A stretch of 57,286 bases of DNA from an uncultured Gammaproteobacteria bacterium (GCA_964374115.1 CAYJXK010000002.1:1-57286); one strand, 5' to 3'; shown: positions 1 to 8,754, counted from the stretch's first letter. Made by a program: numbers and translations. The notes: generated by a model from the letters alone, not told the origin.

Positions 1-45
1 GGATAAAGCCATATTTTACCATTAAGGTGGTGCATTTAGATTAGA

Positions 46-614
46 CTACTGCGAGTTCGTTTGAGTTTTCGTTGTCAGGTCCGTTGCTTCCAATGTCGTT
101 TGATTGGTCAGTTTCATGAACTTACCCACATCCGCGGATTTACTGACTCTTAACACGTACCTCAACACTACAACCTATGATTTTGATCACCTTCTCGCCC
201 TTCACCATAAAAAATCCTCACTGTATCTACGGATACACCTGCGTTTTTTACGGTTCCAGGGCTTCGAATCTGACTCAAAATCATACCGTGTATTCGTTAA
301 GGTACGTGTTAAGAGTCAGTAGGAGTGATGGCCACATCAAACCAAGTCTGTGCTTGCTTGATGTCTTTTGGAAGTTTGGATATTTGCCAACGAACCTGTC
401 GCGTCGTTGGATTGTACGAGAGAACACCGATGTCTTTTCCCGATGTTTCTTTCCAAATGACATCTTGCGGAAGAATCGTTGACACTTCGACATTTCCAAG
501 ATCATGCAAGGAGTTCTTCAAATTCCAAATCACACGATAGGACGTTGTGACACCCATACGTGGAGGGAGATCACCCGTCCCGACGGGTGTCCCATCGTTG
601 TTGACACATGTCAT
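46..614 (-). pseudogene. Hypothetical ORF interrupted by MITE-A copy 1. Upstream part is 322..614; the remaining 31 codons plus stop are at 46..138.
   Basis: ORF 309..614(-) runs into the element and stops at a TAA inside its terminal repeat. The reverse strand of 46..138 is open (SADVGKFMKLTNQTTLEATDLTTKTQTNSQ*). It comes into frame with the upstream part only if the 182-bp element is removed, or 179 bp if a TA duplication is assumed. Both lengths are 2 mod 3, and 614-138=476. Confidence 0.55.
140..321 (+). mobile_element. MITE-like element, family A, copy 1 (~182 bp). It has 22-bp perfect terminal inverted repeats, TACTGACTCTTAACACGTACCT...AGGTACGTGTTAAGAGTCAGTA.
   Basis: Nearly identical to 16430..16612 (about 6 differences). 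Its 3' 55 bp are identical to the reverse complement of 57232..57286. The inverted arms extend to about 50 bp with mismatches. Both ends are flanked by TA. No coding capacity. Confidence 0.85.
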
Positions 615-630
615 CTTTTTAGCATAAGAT
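601..630 (+). promoter_or_regulatory. Sigma70-like promoter candidate for the exporter operon (TTGACA-18-TAAGAT)
   Basis: TTGACA at 601-606 and TAAGAT at 625-630. The ATG at 640 follows after 9 nt, which implies a very short leader. Confidence 0.4.
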
Positions 631-639
631 GACCAGACT

Positions 640-2412
640 ATGATTCACATTTCAAAACTTCGCGTTCCTAAAAAATACATTCCCTGGGTCATCATCGGCG
701 TCCTTGTGATTGGAGGGATAGCGATGAGCGCATTTGGAAAAGGAGAAAAAGATTCTCGCTATGAGTCCATCATTGCAAAGCGTCGTGATGTGATGGAAGA
801 GACGATTGTCACTGGCCGAGTGACTCCGGCAGATCGGGTGGATCTGTCATTTGAGCAAAGTGGCCGGATTGTTTCTCTTTTTGCCACCGTTGGAAATCAA
901 GTGAAAAAGAGCGCACTTTTGGCAGTCCTGAATAATGCCAATCTCATGGCAGAACTCACAAACGCGCAGGCTGGGATAGAGAGCGCTGAAGGCATGCTTG
1001 CACAATATCAGGCAGCGCGCGAGAGGGAAAAAGTGAAATTGAAAGAATTGGAGCTTGGGATTAGAAAAGAAGAGATCACGATCGCAGAAACGAGCGTGGC
1101 AAATGCCAAAAAAACACGCGCAGACGCAGAGGCCACGCTTGATGACGCAAAGAAAAAAGGCGATGTAGATCTTGCGAATGTGTATGGGGATGTTTCGGAT
1201 ATATTGCAAGATGTGTTTACGAAAATCGATGACGCGCAGAACAAACAGATTGATGAGCTTTTTATCGATGACAACGGTTCGAATCCGCAGATCGCATTCT
1301 CTATTCCGAATTTTCAACTTGAATTTGATACGGAATATCAGCGGTTGCTCGCTCGCAATGCTTTGCAAAAATTAAAAAATTCTGTTGACACGCTTCCATC
1401 TGATTATCCGGGAATAGATGTAGCTTTCATCGCGGTAGAAAAACAACTCGTCGTGATTCGAACTTTTTTTGAAAAACTTACCGAGGCAGTGGCGGCGGCG
1501 AACGCGGCATCGTATAAGTCAACTGTGAATACGGCGCGCGGGGTTATCAATACGCAAATCAGCGCGATCAATAACCAGAAACAATTCATTGTCGCGCAAA
1601 AGGCCACAAATGCGCAGTCAATCCTTGCGGCGCAAGCACAGCTCACAGAAGCGAAGAACGCGCTCGAAAGCGCGGAAAAAGAATTGGCGCTGAAAAAAGC
1701 CGGCGCCACAGCCGAGCAGATTGCGGTACAAAACACAGTGATAACGCAGGCTGAGGCTACGGTGCAGACATACGGAGCACAGGTAAAACAAGCGCAAGCG
1801 ACCGTTGCCCGTATTCAAGCAGAGCTCGGGAAAACGGTGATACGGTCGCCATTTGAGGGTACGATCACTGCGGCGCCGTCTCCGGTGGGAGCAATTGTCG
1901 CGGCGTATACCCCTGTGGTCTCCATGATTTCGAGTGATCCATTTGATATTGAGGCATATATTCCAGAAGCAGACATGGCAAAAGTGCGGGTGGGCAACGC
2001 GGTGGCCATGACGTTTGATGCCTATGGTGATGCGGAAGAATTCCACGGCGCCGTCATTGCCATTGATCCCGCAGAAACAGTGATTGATGGAGTGACCACA
2101 TACAAAACCACCATTCAGCTTGCGACGAATGATGATCGTGTGAAATCTGGGATGACGGTGGACGTCACCATTATTGGCGCATCAAAAAAGGACGTCGTCG
2201 CTATCCCACAGCGCGCAGTTATTTCAAAAGATGGAAAACAGATTGTTCGGGTGATCGAGACACCAAATCAAAAAGAAGAGATCGTGGAGAAAGAGGTGAC
2301 ACTCGGCCTTCGAGGCGCGGATGGATTTGTGGAGATTGTGGATGGTGTCGAGGAAGGGGAGAAGGTCGTGGTGTTTGTGGAGGAAAACAAACGATCAAAA
2401 ATTGAAAGTTGA
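640..2412 (+). CDS. HlyD/MacA-family membrane-fusion (periplasmic adaptor) protein with a long coiled-coil
   Basis: N-terminal TM segment, a long A/Q/E/K-rich coiled-coil and C-terminal beta-barrel-like segments. It lies directly upstream of the MacB-type ATPase and FtsX permease. Confidence 0.85.
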   Translation: MIHISKLRVPKKYIPWVIIGVLVIGGIAMSAFGKGEKDSRYESIIAKRRDVMEETIVTGRVTPADRVDLSFEQSGRIVSLFATVGNQVKKSALLAVLNNANLMAELTNAQAGIESAEGMLAQYQAAREREKVKLKELELGIRKEEITIAETSVANAKKTRADAEATLDDAKKKGDVDLANVYGDVSDILQDVFTKIDDAQNKQIDELFIDDNGSNPQIAFSIPNFQLEFDTEYQRLLARNALQKLKNSVDTLPSDYPGIDVAFIAVEKQLVVIRTFFEKLTEAVAAANAASYKSTVNTARGVINTQISAINNQKQFIVAQKATNAQSILAAQAQLTEAKNALESAEKELALKKAGATAEQIAVQNTVITQAEATVQTYGAQVKQAQATVARIQAELGKTVIRSPFEGTITAAPSPVGAIVAAYTPVVSMISSDPFDIEAYIPEADMAKVRVGNAVAMTFDAYGDAEEFHGAVIAIDPAETVIDGVTTYKTTIQLATNDDRVKSGMTVDVTIIGASKKDVVAIPQRAVISKDGKQIVRVIETPNQKEEIVEKEVTLGLRGADGFVEIVDGVEEGEKVVVFVEENKRSKIES

Positions 2413-2439
2413 TCGTTGACCATTGCTTATTGAACATGT

Positions 2440-2496
2440 AACTCATGAGCTAGGTTTTTTCCTCTCACGAGAGATACGGAAACTCGCTATGAGTTC
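2440..2496 (+). repeat. Family B palindromic element, short form (57 bp)
   Basis: AACTCATGAGCTAGGTTTTTTCC...GGAAACTCGCTATGAGTTC. This is the same architecture as 22568..22628 and 16374..16430. It corresponds to the two ends of the long copy at 18901..19077. Confidence 0.8.
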
Positions 2497-2511
2497 ATTG
2501 ATTATTTCGAT

Positions 2512-3192
2512 ATGTCTTTTATCGAAGTTCAAAACCTTACTAAAGTGTATTCCCATGATTTTCTCGAAACCCCCGCGCTCTGTGGTGTTTCTTTTTCTAT
2601 TATTGAAGGAGAATTTGTCGCGATCATGGGTCCGTCTGGTTCTGGAAAATCTACCCTTGTCCATATTTTAGGGCTTCTTGATCGCCATAGTGCCGGCACC
2701 TATCAATTTATGGGAAAATCTATTGAAGACTTTCCCGATGCAGAACTCGCTCATATTCGCAACGAGACCATGGGGTTTGTATTTCAAGCATTTTTTTTAT
2801 TGTCTCGGACATCAGTGCTTCACAATGTCATGTTGCCCCTCCTCTACTCGGATATTCCAGAGAAAGAATGGAAGGGTCGGGCTGAGGACGCGATTGCAAG
2901 TGTCGGGCTTACCCACCGCATCAATCATGAACCTTCGCAGTTATCCGGTGGTGAGAAACAGCGTGTCGCGATTGCTCGCTCTCTTGTCATGAACCCGCGC
3001 ATTCTTTTTGCTGATGAACCTACAGGCAATCTCGATTCTGTCTCTGGTCGACAAGTGATGGAGATTTTTCAGCGTCTGCATAGAGAAGGAAATCATACGA
3101 TTATTTTGATTACGCATGATCTCGCAATTGCGGGATATGCGAGAAGGACGATTCGGATGAAGGACGGAATTATTGAAAGTGATACGTATTGA
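2512..3192 (+). CDS. ABC transporter ATP-binding protein (MacB/LolD family)
   Basis: Walker A GPSGSGKST, signature LSGGEKQR, Walker B ILFADEPT and an H-loop ITHD. Confidence 0.93.
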   Translation: MSFIEVQNLTKVYSHDFLETPALCGVSFSIIEGEFVAIMGPSGSGKSTLVHILGLLDRHSAGTYQFMGKSIEDFPDAELAHIRNETMGFVFQAFFLLSRTSVLHNVMLPLLYSDIPEKEWKGRAEDAIASVGLTHRINHEPSQLSGGEKQRVAIARSLVMNPRILFADEPTGNLDSVSGRQVMEIFQRLHREGNHTIILITHDLAIAGYARRTIRMKDGIIESDTY

Positions 3193-3201
3193 TCAATAGA
3201 T

Positions 3202-4440
3202 ATGAAAACAAGACAATATGTCTCCACAGCATTTCGAGGCCTTCGAGTGAATACGGGCCGTTCGATTCTCACCATCCTTGGTATTGTGATTGGCATTACC
3301 GCGATTATTCTTGTCATGGCTGTCGGCAAAGGCGCCGAAGAACTGATCTTGAACCAAATTAGAGGACTCGGCGCTGAAACTATCTTTGTCGAACCTGGCC
3401 GAGAACCTGAAGGGCCGTCGAATTTCGCGGAAGTGTTTACCGATTCACTTACGTCTCGCGATCTCGAATCGCTCCTCAATCCGATCAATGTCCGTGGTAT
3501 TAAAGAAATAAGCCCCAATGTCATTCAAGTCGTACCCGTGACATTTCGAGAAGAGACAATACGGACGAATGTCCTCGGCGCGGCGTCAAGTATTGAAACC
3601 ATCATGGAGATTACTCCAGAGTTTGGCACTTTTTTTAATAAAGATGATGTGCGGGAAAAAGCAGCCGTCGCAGTGCTTGGGGCTGAAGTAAAAAAGAAAC
3701 TGTTTGGCGAATCTGAAGCGATGGGTTCACATATAAAAATTCGATCAAAAACATTTCGAGTCGTCGGCGTGCTTCCCAAAAAAGGCCAGGTAGCGTTTTT
3801 TCCGGTGGACGATACGGTGTTTATTCCCTATACCACGGCTCAGCAGTATCTCCTTGGCATTGATTATTTTCATACCATGATGATCCGTGCGGAAAATGAA
3901 ACAGTGGTTCCTCGCGTCGTGCATGATGTGATATTGACACTCCGAGAACAGCATGGGATTCTGGACCCGGACAAAGATGACTTTCATGTGATAACACAGG
4001 AAGACATTGTGAAGCGAGTGGGTTTTATCACAGGTATCCTCACCATTCTTCTCGTTTCTGTTGCAGGAATTTCACTCCTTGTTGGTGGAGTCGGCATTAT
4101 GAACATCATGCTTGTATCCGTCACAGAGCGGACTCGCGAGATTGGACTCCGCAAAGCCGTTGGCGCCACCAATCGGGATATTCTTTCCCAATTTTTATTT
4201 GAAGCAGTTCTTCTTACAAGTATTGGCGGCATGGCGGGTATTTTCTGTGGCGCGTTATTTTCGTTTGCCACTGTATTTATTCTTTCTCGTGTTGTTTCCG
4301 GAGGGTGGATGTTTCACTTTCCACTCTCCGCTACGTTCATCGGGCTTATTGTTTCCACAGCCACCGGTCTTGTCTTTGGGCTGTATCCTGCTCGTCAAGC
4401 ATCGCGCAAACATCCGATTGAGGCGTTGCGATACGAATGA
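3202..4440 (+). CDS. ABC transporter permease, MacB/FtsX family
   Basis: N-terminal TM, a large extracytoplasmic domain and a C-terminal FtsX-like 3-TM bundle. Adjacent to the ATPase. Confidence 0.9.
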   Translation: MKTRQYVSTAFRGLRVNTGRSILTILGIVIGITAIILVMAVGKGAEELILNQIRGLGAETIFVEPGREPEGPSNFAEVFTDSLTSRDLESLLNPINVRGIKEISPNVIQVVPVTFREETIRTNVLGAASSIETIMEITPEFGTFFNKDDVREKAAVAVLGAEVKKKLFGESEAMGSHIKIRSKTFRVVGVLPKKGQVAFFPVDDTVFIPYTTAQQYLLGIDYFHTMMIRAENETVVPRVVHDVILTLREQHGILDPDKDDFHVITQEDIVKRVGFITGILTILLVSVAGISLLVGGVGIMNIMLVSVTERTREIGLRKAVGATNRDILSQFLFEAVLLTSIGGMAGIFCGALFSFATVFILSRVVSGGWMFHFPLSATFIGLIVSTATGLVFGLYPARQASRKHPIEALRYE

Positions 4441-4606
4441 ACTCATATCGATTTTTTTTCCTCTCACGCCATCCCATCACTTTTTTTTGCCTCCAAAACA
4501 CGCACGCGCAAAACTCGAACAGCATCATAGTCACCCAGAACGCTCTCTACACGCCTGTTTTGCCCCTGAGAATTGGAGGCACAAAAAAAAGGAATCGTGA
4601 CGATGC
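4439..4606 (+). repeat. Family B element, divergent long-form copy lacking one terminus
   Basis: GAACTCATATCGATTTTTTTTCCTCTCACGCCATCCCATCACTTTTTTTTGCCTCCAAAAC matches the reverse complement of 19011..19077. An internal partner arm, GGAGGCACAAAAAAAAGGAATCGTGACGATGC, is present. The element starts inside the stop codon of the permease gene. Confidence 0.65.
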
Positions 4607-4743
4607 TTCATACAGCAGATATCCTTGACATGATAAGGAAAAGTGAGGTGGCCAGGCAACATCCCAGTAGGATCAGACCATCTCATCTTTGCATTTCTCA
4701 CAAAGTCATGTAGCATAAACGCAACGATACGTTTATTTTCAGT

Positions 4744-4931
4744 AGGACGTACGCGTTTGCCATCGGCGTTCACCTCTCTTTTTCTCGCTGAGGAAACTCG
4801 CGTCCTTCTGAGGATCGGTGATACGCCCTGCGACCGCACACGTCCGGGAACGGGCGTATCACCTCGCTCACACAGTCCTCACGAGAAAAAGAGAGGTGAA
4901 CGCCTCTTTGAGAGGCAAACGCGTATGTCCT
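4744..4931 (+). repeat. Family C palindromic element, long form (~188 bp)
   Basis: Terminal inverted repeats AGGACGTACGCGTTTGCC / GGCAAACGCGTATGTCCT. The inner arms are GGCGTTCACCTCTCTTTTTCTCG / CGAGAAAAAGAGAGGTGAACGCC. A short derivative lies at 47457..47512. Confidence 0.8.
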
Positions 4932-4935
4932 ACGT

Positions 4936-6066
4936 ATGAAACAAAAGCCAAAGCAGAAAGTTCTCGTTGCCCTGTCCGGCGGTGTTGATTCATCTGTGGC
5001 CGCCGCTTTGCTCGTGGAAAAAGGATATGATGTGGTGGGAGCGTTTATGGTGCAATATGACGACAGTTCAGAGAGAGGAAAAAGATCATGTTGGCCAAAC
5101 GAGTATAGGGATGCCCTGCGTGTTGCCGCGCATCTTGGCATTCCATTGTTGAAATTTGATTTTACCAAAGCATATTCGAATCATGTCCTTGACTATCTGT
5201 ATCGGGAATATCAGGCAGGAAGGACGCCAAATCCTGATGTGTTGTGCAATACGTTTATTAAGTTTGGCGTATGGCTTGAAAAAGCAAAAGCCTTAGGTTT
5301 CTATTATTTGGCGACAGGACATTATGCGAGAATCAAGAAAACAATCCCTTATTTTTTTCACCTTCTGCAAGCCAAAGATACAAATAAAGATCAGACGTAT
5401 TTTTTGCATCAACTGAGTCAGAATCAACTTTCTCATGTCTTATTTCCTATCGGCGAGTATACAAAACCAGAAGTCCGGGCTCTCGCTCGAACATTTGGAT
5501 TGCCAACCGCGGGAAAAGAAGAAAGTATGGGGATTTGTTTTGTGGGAGAAGTATCAATGAAGGAATTTTTGAAGAAAAAAATCAAGGAGAAGCGTGGAAA
5601 TATTGTGACGTCATCTGGGCAGATCATTGGGAAGCATGATGGTTTGGCGTTTTATACGATTGGACAGAGGCACTTTGGAGTTCAGAGTTCGGCGTTCGGA
5701 GTTCAGAGCAAAGACAATCCTCCATTATTTGTGGCTGATAAACGAAGAAGGACAAACGAACTCGTTGTCGGCTTTGAGAATGATCCGTTGTTGTATAAAA
5801 AAGAAATCACCGTGACCGATGTTCATTGGGTGAGAGGTGGACAGGAGTCGCGGTTTCCATTAAAATGTGAAGTGCGACTGCGGCATCGACAGCCACTTCA
5901 AAAGTCTCAAGTCAAAAGTCTCAAGTCTCCGCCAAAGGCGGATCCGCGTCGGGCGAAAAAAGTCATCATTGTTGCATTTGATCATCCGCAACGCGCCGTG
6001 ACCCCGGGACAGTTCGCGGTATTTTATAAAAAAGGTGAATGTTTGGGGGGAGGAGTGATTGAGTGA
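4936..6066 (+). CDS. mnmA: tRNA 2-thiouridine(34) synthase MnmA
   Basis: PP-loop SGGVDSS, the NPDxxCN motif, and the C-terminal GQFAVFY...CLGGGVI. Confidence 0.95.
   Translation: MKQKPKQKVLVALSGGVDSSVAAALLVEKGYDVVGAFMVQYDDSSERGKRSCWPNEYRDALRVAAHLGIPLLKFDFTKAYSNHVLDYLYREYQAGRTPNPDVLCNTFIKFGVWLEKAKALGFYYLATGHYARIKKTIPYFFHLLQAKDTNKDQTYFLHQLSQNQLSHVLFPIGEYTKPEVRALARTFGLPTAGKEESMGICFVGEVSMKEFLKKKIKEKRGNIVTSSGQIIGKHDGLAFYTIGQRHFGVQSSAFGVQSKDNPPLFVADKRRRTNELVVGFENDPLLYKKEITVTDVHWVRGGQESRFPLKCEVRLRHRQPLQKSQVKSLKSPPKADPRRAKKVIIVAFDHPQRAVTPGQFAVFYKKGECLGGGVIE
5678..5709 (+). repeat. Heptanucleotide tandem array inside mnmA (GAGTTCA|GAGTTCG|GCGTTCG|GAGTTCA|GAGC)
   Basis: The 7-bp period is read directly from the sequence. 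It is translated as FGVQSSAFGVQS. Confidence 0.8.
5902..5941 (+). repeat. Heptanucleotide array (AAGTCTC|AAGTCAA|AAGTCTC|AAGTCTC) plus the palindrome CCGCCAAAGGCGG, inside mnmA
   Basis: Four 7-bp units at 5902-5929 are followed by a 13-bp perfect palindrome at 5929-5941. Translated as KSQVKSLKSPPKAD. Confidence 0.85.
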
Positions 6067-6069
6067 ATT

Positions 6070-7980
6070 ATGATTACCGGCGACATTCGACAAAAATATC
6101 TTGATTTTTTTCAAACGAAAGGATACGCCATTGTACCCTCTGCTTCCCTGTTGCCAGAACATGATGCGACAACACTCTTTACCGGATCCGGCATGCAGCC
6201 CATGGTGCCGTATCTTCTCGGTCAAAAACATCCACTCGGGACCAACATTGCAAATTCGCAAAAATGTTTCCGTGCTCAGGATATGGATGAGGTGGGGGAT
6301 AATCGGCACACAACATTTTTTGAGATGCTTGGTAATTGGTCACTCGGGGATTATTTCAAAAAAGAACAGATCCTATGGATTTTTGAGTTTATCACAAAAG
6401 AACTCGGGCTTGATTCAAATCGATTATATGTCACGTGTTTTCGAGGGAAGGAAGAGATTGGCATTCCAAAAGATGAGGAATCAGCAAGATTGTGGCAGGA
6501 TCTTTTTCAGAAAGTCGGAGTATCAAATGGCATCCAAGATAATTCTCAGCGAGACGGCATGAATGGGGACGCTCGTATTTTCTATTATGGAGCCGAGAAA
6601 AATTGGTGGAGCCGAGCTGGCGTGCCAGAGCATATGCCGGTCGGCGAACCTGGTGGAACAGACACAGAAATGTTTTGGGATTTTGGTGAGCATCTTCGAC
6701 TTCATGAACAATCCGTCTGGAAAGATCAGCTCTGTCATGTTAATTGTGATTGCGGTCGATTTTTTGAAATTGGGAATAACGTCTTCATGGAATATGTAAA
6801 GAAAGATCATGGGTTTGAACAATTACCACAAAAGAATGTTGATTTTGGCGGCGGACTCGAGCGTCTAGCGGGAGCGGTAAACGACAACCCGGATGTATTC
6901 ATGATTGATATTTTTCAACCAATGCGACAAACGCTCGAGCGTGTTTCTCATCAATCATATGGCAGTGCTGAAGAGACGGACAAAGCCTTCCGGGTTATTA
7001 TGGATCATTTGCGCGCTGCGACATTCTTGATTGCTGACGGCGCAGTACCTTCTAATAAAGATCAAGGATATTTCACCAGGCGACTCATGCGTCGCTCGAT
7101 TCGTTTTGCCCAAATACTTGGTATTCAAGAGACGTTTTGTTCCGAGATCGCGACCTCTGTTATATCGGCCTATGAATTAGCCTATCCAGAACTGGCCAAA
7201 AAGAAGGACTACGTCATATTGGAAATGGAAAACGAGGAGAAAAAATTCAAGCGTACGCTCCAAGAAGGGATCAAAAAATTTTCGATTTTAAGTTCCGAGT
7301 TTTTAGGCAGTCGTGAGCAAATTTCTGCCAAAGATGCCTTTGATTTATATCAATCATATGGTTTTCCCATCGAGATGACCGAAGAGTTGGCAAAAGAACG
7401 TGGTTTGGCGGTGGACAGAGAAGGATTTGATACAGAGTTAAAAAAACATCAAGAACTTTCTCGCTCAGGTTCAGAACAAAAATTCAAAGGTGGGCTTTCG
7501 GATCATTCCGAAATGAGTGTCAAATATCATACAGCAACGCATTTGTTGCACGTCACTCTCAAACGCGTGCTCGGCGACCATGTGGAACAAAAGGGGAGTA
7601 ATATCACGCCCGAGCGATTGCGGTTTGATTTTTCTCATCCAGCAAAGATGACAGATGGAGAGATCAAAGAAGTTGAAGACCTCATCAATGCCGCTATTGC
7701 CTGCGACTACCCTGTCTCTTGGCAAGAAATGACAGTGAAGGAAGCTTATGATCAAAAAGTGATTGGCCTTTTTCCAGAGCGATATGAGGAGAAAGTAAAA
7801 GTATACACGGTTGGCGATCCAACCGGCATCGCTCGCGCGAATCCGGAAGACCCCACATTCAGTCGCGAAATTTGTGGGGGGCCTCATGTCGAGCAAACCA
7901 GAGTCTTAGGCCACTTTAAAATTCTCAAAGAAGAAGCGCTCGGCGCCGGGATGAGGAGAATGAAAGCGATATTGGAATAA
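6070..7980 (+). CDS. alaS: Alanine--tRNA ligase, short form (636 aa) lacking the C-terminal C-Ala/DHHA1 domain
   Basis: Class II catalytic core (FTGSGMQP, FFEMLGNWS). Editing-domain zinc motifs HTATHLLH and CGGPHV. The ORF ends right after the editing domain. Confidence 0.92.
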   Translation: MITGDIRQKYLDFFQTKGYAIVPSASLLPEHDATTLFTGSGMQPMVPYLLGQKHPLGTNIANSQKCFRAQDMDEVGDNRHTTFFEMLGNWSLGDYFKKEQILWIFEFITKELGLDSNRLYVTCFRGKEEIGIPKDEESARLWQDLFQKVGVSNGIQDNSQRDGMNGDARIFYYGAEKNWWSRAGVPEHMPVGEPGGTDTEMFWDFGEHLRLHEQSVWKDQLCHVNCDCGRFFEIGNNVFMEYVKKDHGFEQLPQKNVDFGGGLERLAGAVNDNPDVFMIDIFQPMRQTLERVSHQSYGSAEETDKAFRVIMDHLRAATFLIADGAVPSNKDQGYFTRRLMRRSIRFAQILGIQETFCSEIATSVISAYELAYPELAKKKDYVILEMENEEKKFKRTLQEGIKKFSILSSEFLGSREQISAKDAFDLYQSYGFPIEMTEELAKERGLAVDREGFDTELKKHQELSRSGSEQKFKGGLSDHSEMSVKYHTATHLLHVTLKRVLGDHVEQKGSNITPERLRFDFSHPAKMTDGEIKEVEDLINAAIACDYPVSWQEMTVKEAYDQKVIGLFPERYEEKVKVYTVGDPTGIARANPEDPTFSREICGGPHVEQTRVLGHFKILKEEALGAGMRRMKAILE

Positions 7981-8023
7981 ATGAAGTTTCTTTTTGTTTT
8001 TGTCCATGATATAGTGCAATATC

Positions 8024-8470
8024 ATGAAACCCTCTCTTTTCTACCTCTGGTCTATTCGGAAAGAATTTAGCAAGTATTTCATCGTCGGCGTCTCTGGTCT
8101 TGTTCTTGATCTGGGGACCCTTATTTTATTGAAAGAAAAATTAGGGCTGCTCCCAGAGGTTGCTGTTATTTCCAATCAAGCCCTCCTGCTTGTTTATAAT
8201 TTTACGTTGAATAAGTATTGGTCATTTCGTAATCGTGATATTCCTCATCAGCAGATGGTGCGGTATGGCATTCTCGCGGGATGGAATTATGCCTTTAGCG
8301 CCGGAACCATGTATCTCTTTCGAAGAATTCTTGGATTTGACTATCGGCTGGTTCGGCTGTGCGCGATTGCCGCTATGGTGAGCTGGAATTTTTTTCTGTA
8401 TAAATATTGGGTCTACCGAACCAAGATCTCAAAAGACGTTATACACACCCCGCAAAGAGGCGCTCCTTGA
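8024..8470 (+). CDS. GtrA-family membrane protein
   Basis: About 148 aa with 4 TM segments and a typical GtrA N-terminus ([17 protein letters not shown]). Confidence 0.8.
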   Translation: MKPSLFYLWSIRKEFSKYFIVGVSGLVLDLGTLILLKEKLGLLPEVAVISNQALLLVYNFTLNKYWSFRNRDIPHQQMVRYGILAGWNYAFSAGTMYLFRRILGFDYRLVRLCAIAAMVSWNFFLYKYWVYRTKISKDVIHTPQRGAP

Positions 8471-8495
8471 CAGGGAGACGATCAGTCTGTACAAT
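8467..8495 (+). promoter_or_regulatory. Consensus sigma70-type promoter for infA and the ribosomal-protein block (TTGACA-17-TACAAT)
   Basis: TTGACA at 8467-8472, a 17-nt spacer and TACAAT at 8490-8495. It lies 23 nt upstream of the infA ATG. Confidence 0.65.
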
Positions 8496-8517
8496 ACGGG
8501 GGCTTAATTTCGTTTCA

Positions 8518-8736
8518 ATGGCAAAACAAAGAGACGTGGTAGAATTTCGTGGTGTTATCTATGAGGCACTCCCAGGCGCGATGTTTCGCGTCAAGCTCGA
8601 GAGTGATCACGAAGTCATCACCCATCTTTCCGGAAAGATGAGAATGCACAAAATTCGACTTTCGGTTGGTGATGAAGTCAAAGTAGAAATGACACCGTAC
8701 GATTTGACAAAAGGCCGGATAATCTATCGGTATTAA
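8518..8736 (+). CDS. infA: Translation initiation factor IF-1
   Basis: [25 protein letters not shown]...[15 protein letters not shown], an S1-like IF-1. The first in-frame ATG giving the canonical length was chosen. Confidence 0.95.
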   Translation: MAKQRDVVEFRGVIYEALPGAMFRVKLESDHEVITHLSGKMRMHKIRLSVGDEVKVEMTPYDLTKGRIIYRY

Positions 8737-8754
8737 TCGAGAATTTCAACTGAA

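Noticed and set aside
104-540. Several 70-100-aa ORFs (104..322, 177..482, 281..505, 325..540) at the left end
   Set aside because: They run through the non-coding MITE-A copy or overlap the better-supported minus-strand ORF. Equivalent reading frames are broken in copy 2 of the element.
4500-4745. A possible housekeeping RNA gene (RNase P, tmRNA, SRP, 6S) in the largest intergenic region
   Set aside because: I could not find hallmark motifs such as GAGGAAAGUCC for RNase P, a tRNA-like end with a tag ORF for tmRNA, or the SRP domain IV motif. The sequence is largely explained by degenerate family-B material. It still deserves a covariance-model scan.
4531-5168. ORFs 4531..4839(-), 4643..4939(+) and 4770..5168(-) in the repeat-rich spacer
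   Set aside because: They are made of palindromic repeat arms, so both strands stay open by symmetry. They also overlap the mnmA start. They show no coding features.
5678-5941. CRISPR array or diversity-generating retroelement as an explanation for the short repeats
   Set aside because: The units are 7 bp without spacers and lie inside genes. No cas gene, reverse transcriptase or template/variable repeat pair with A-specific mismatches is present in the window.
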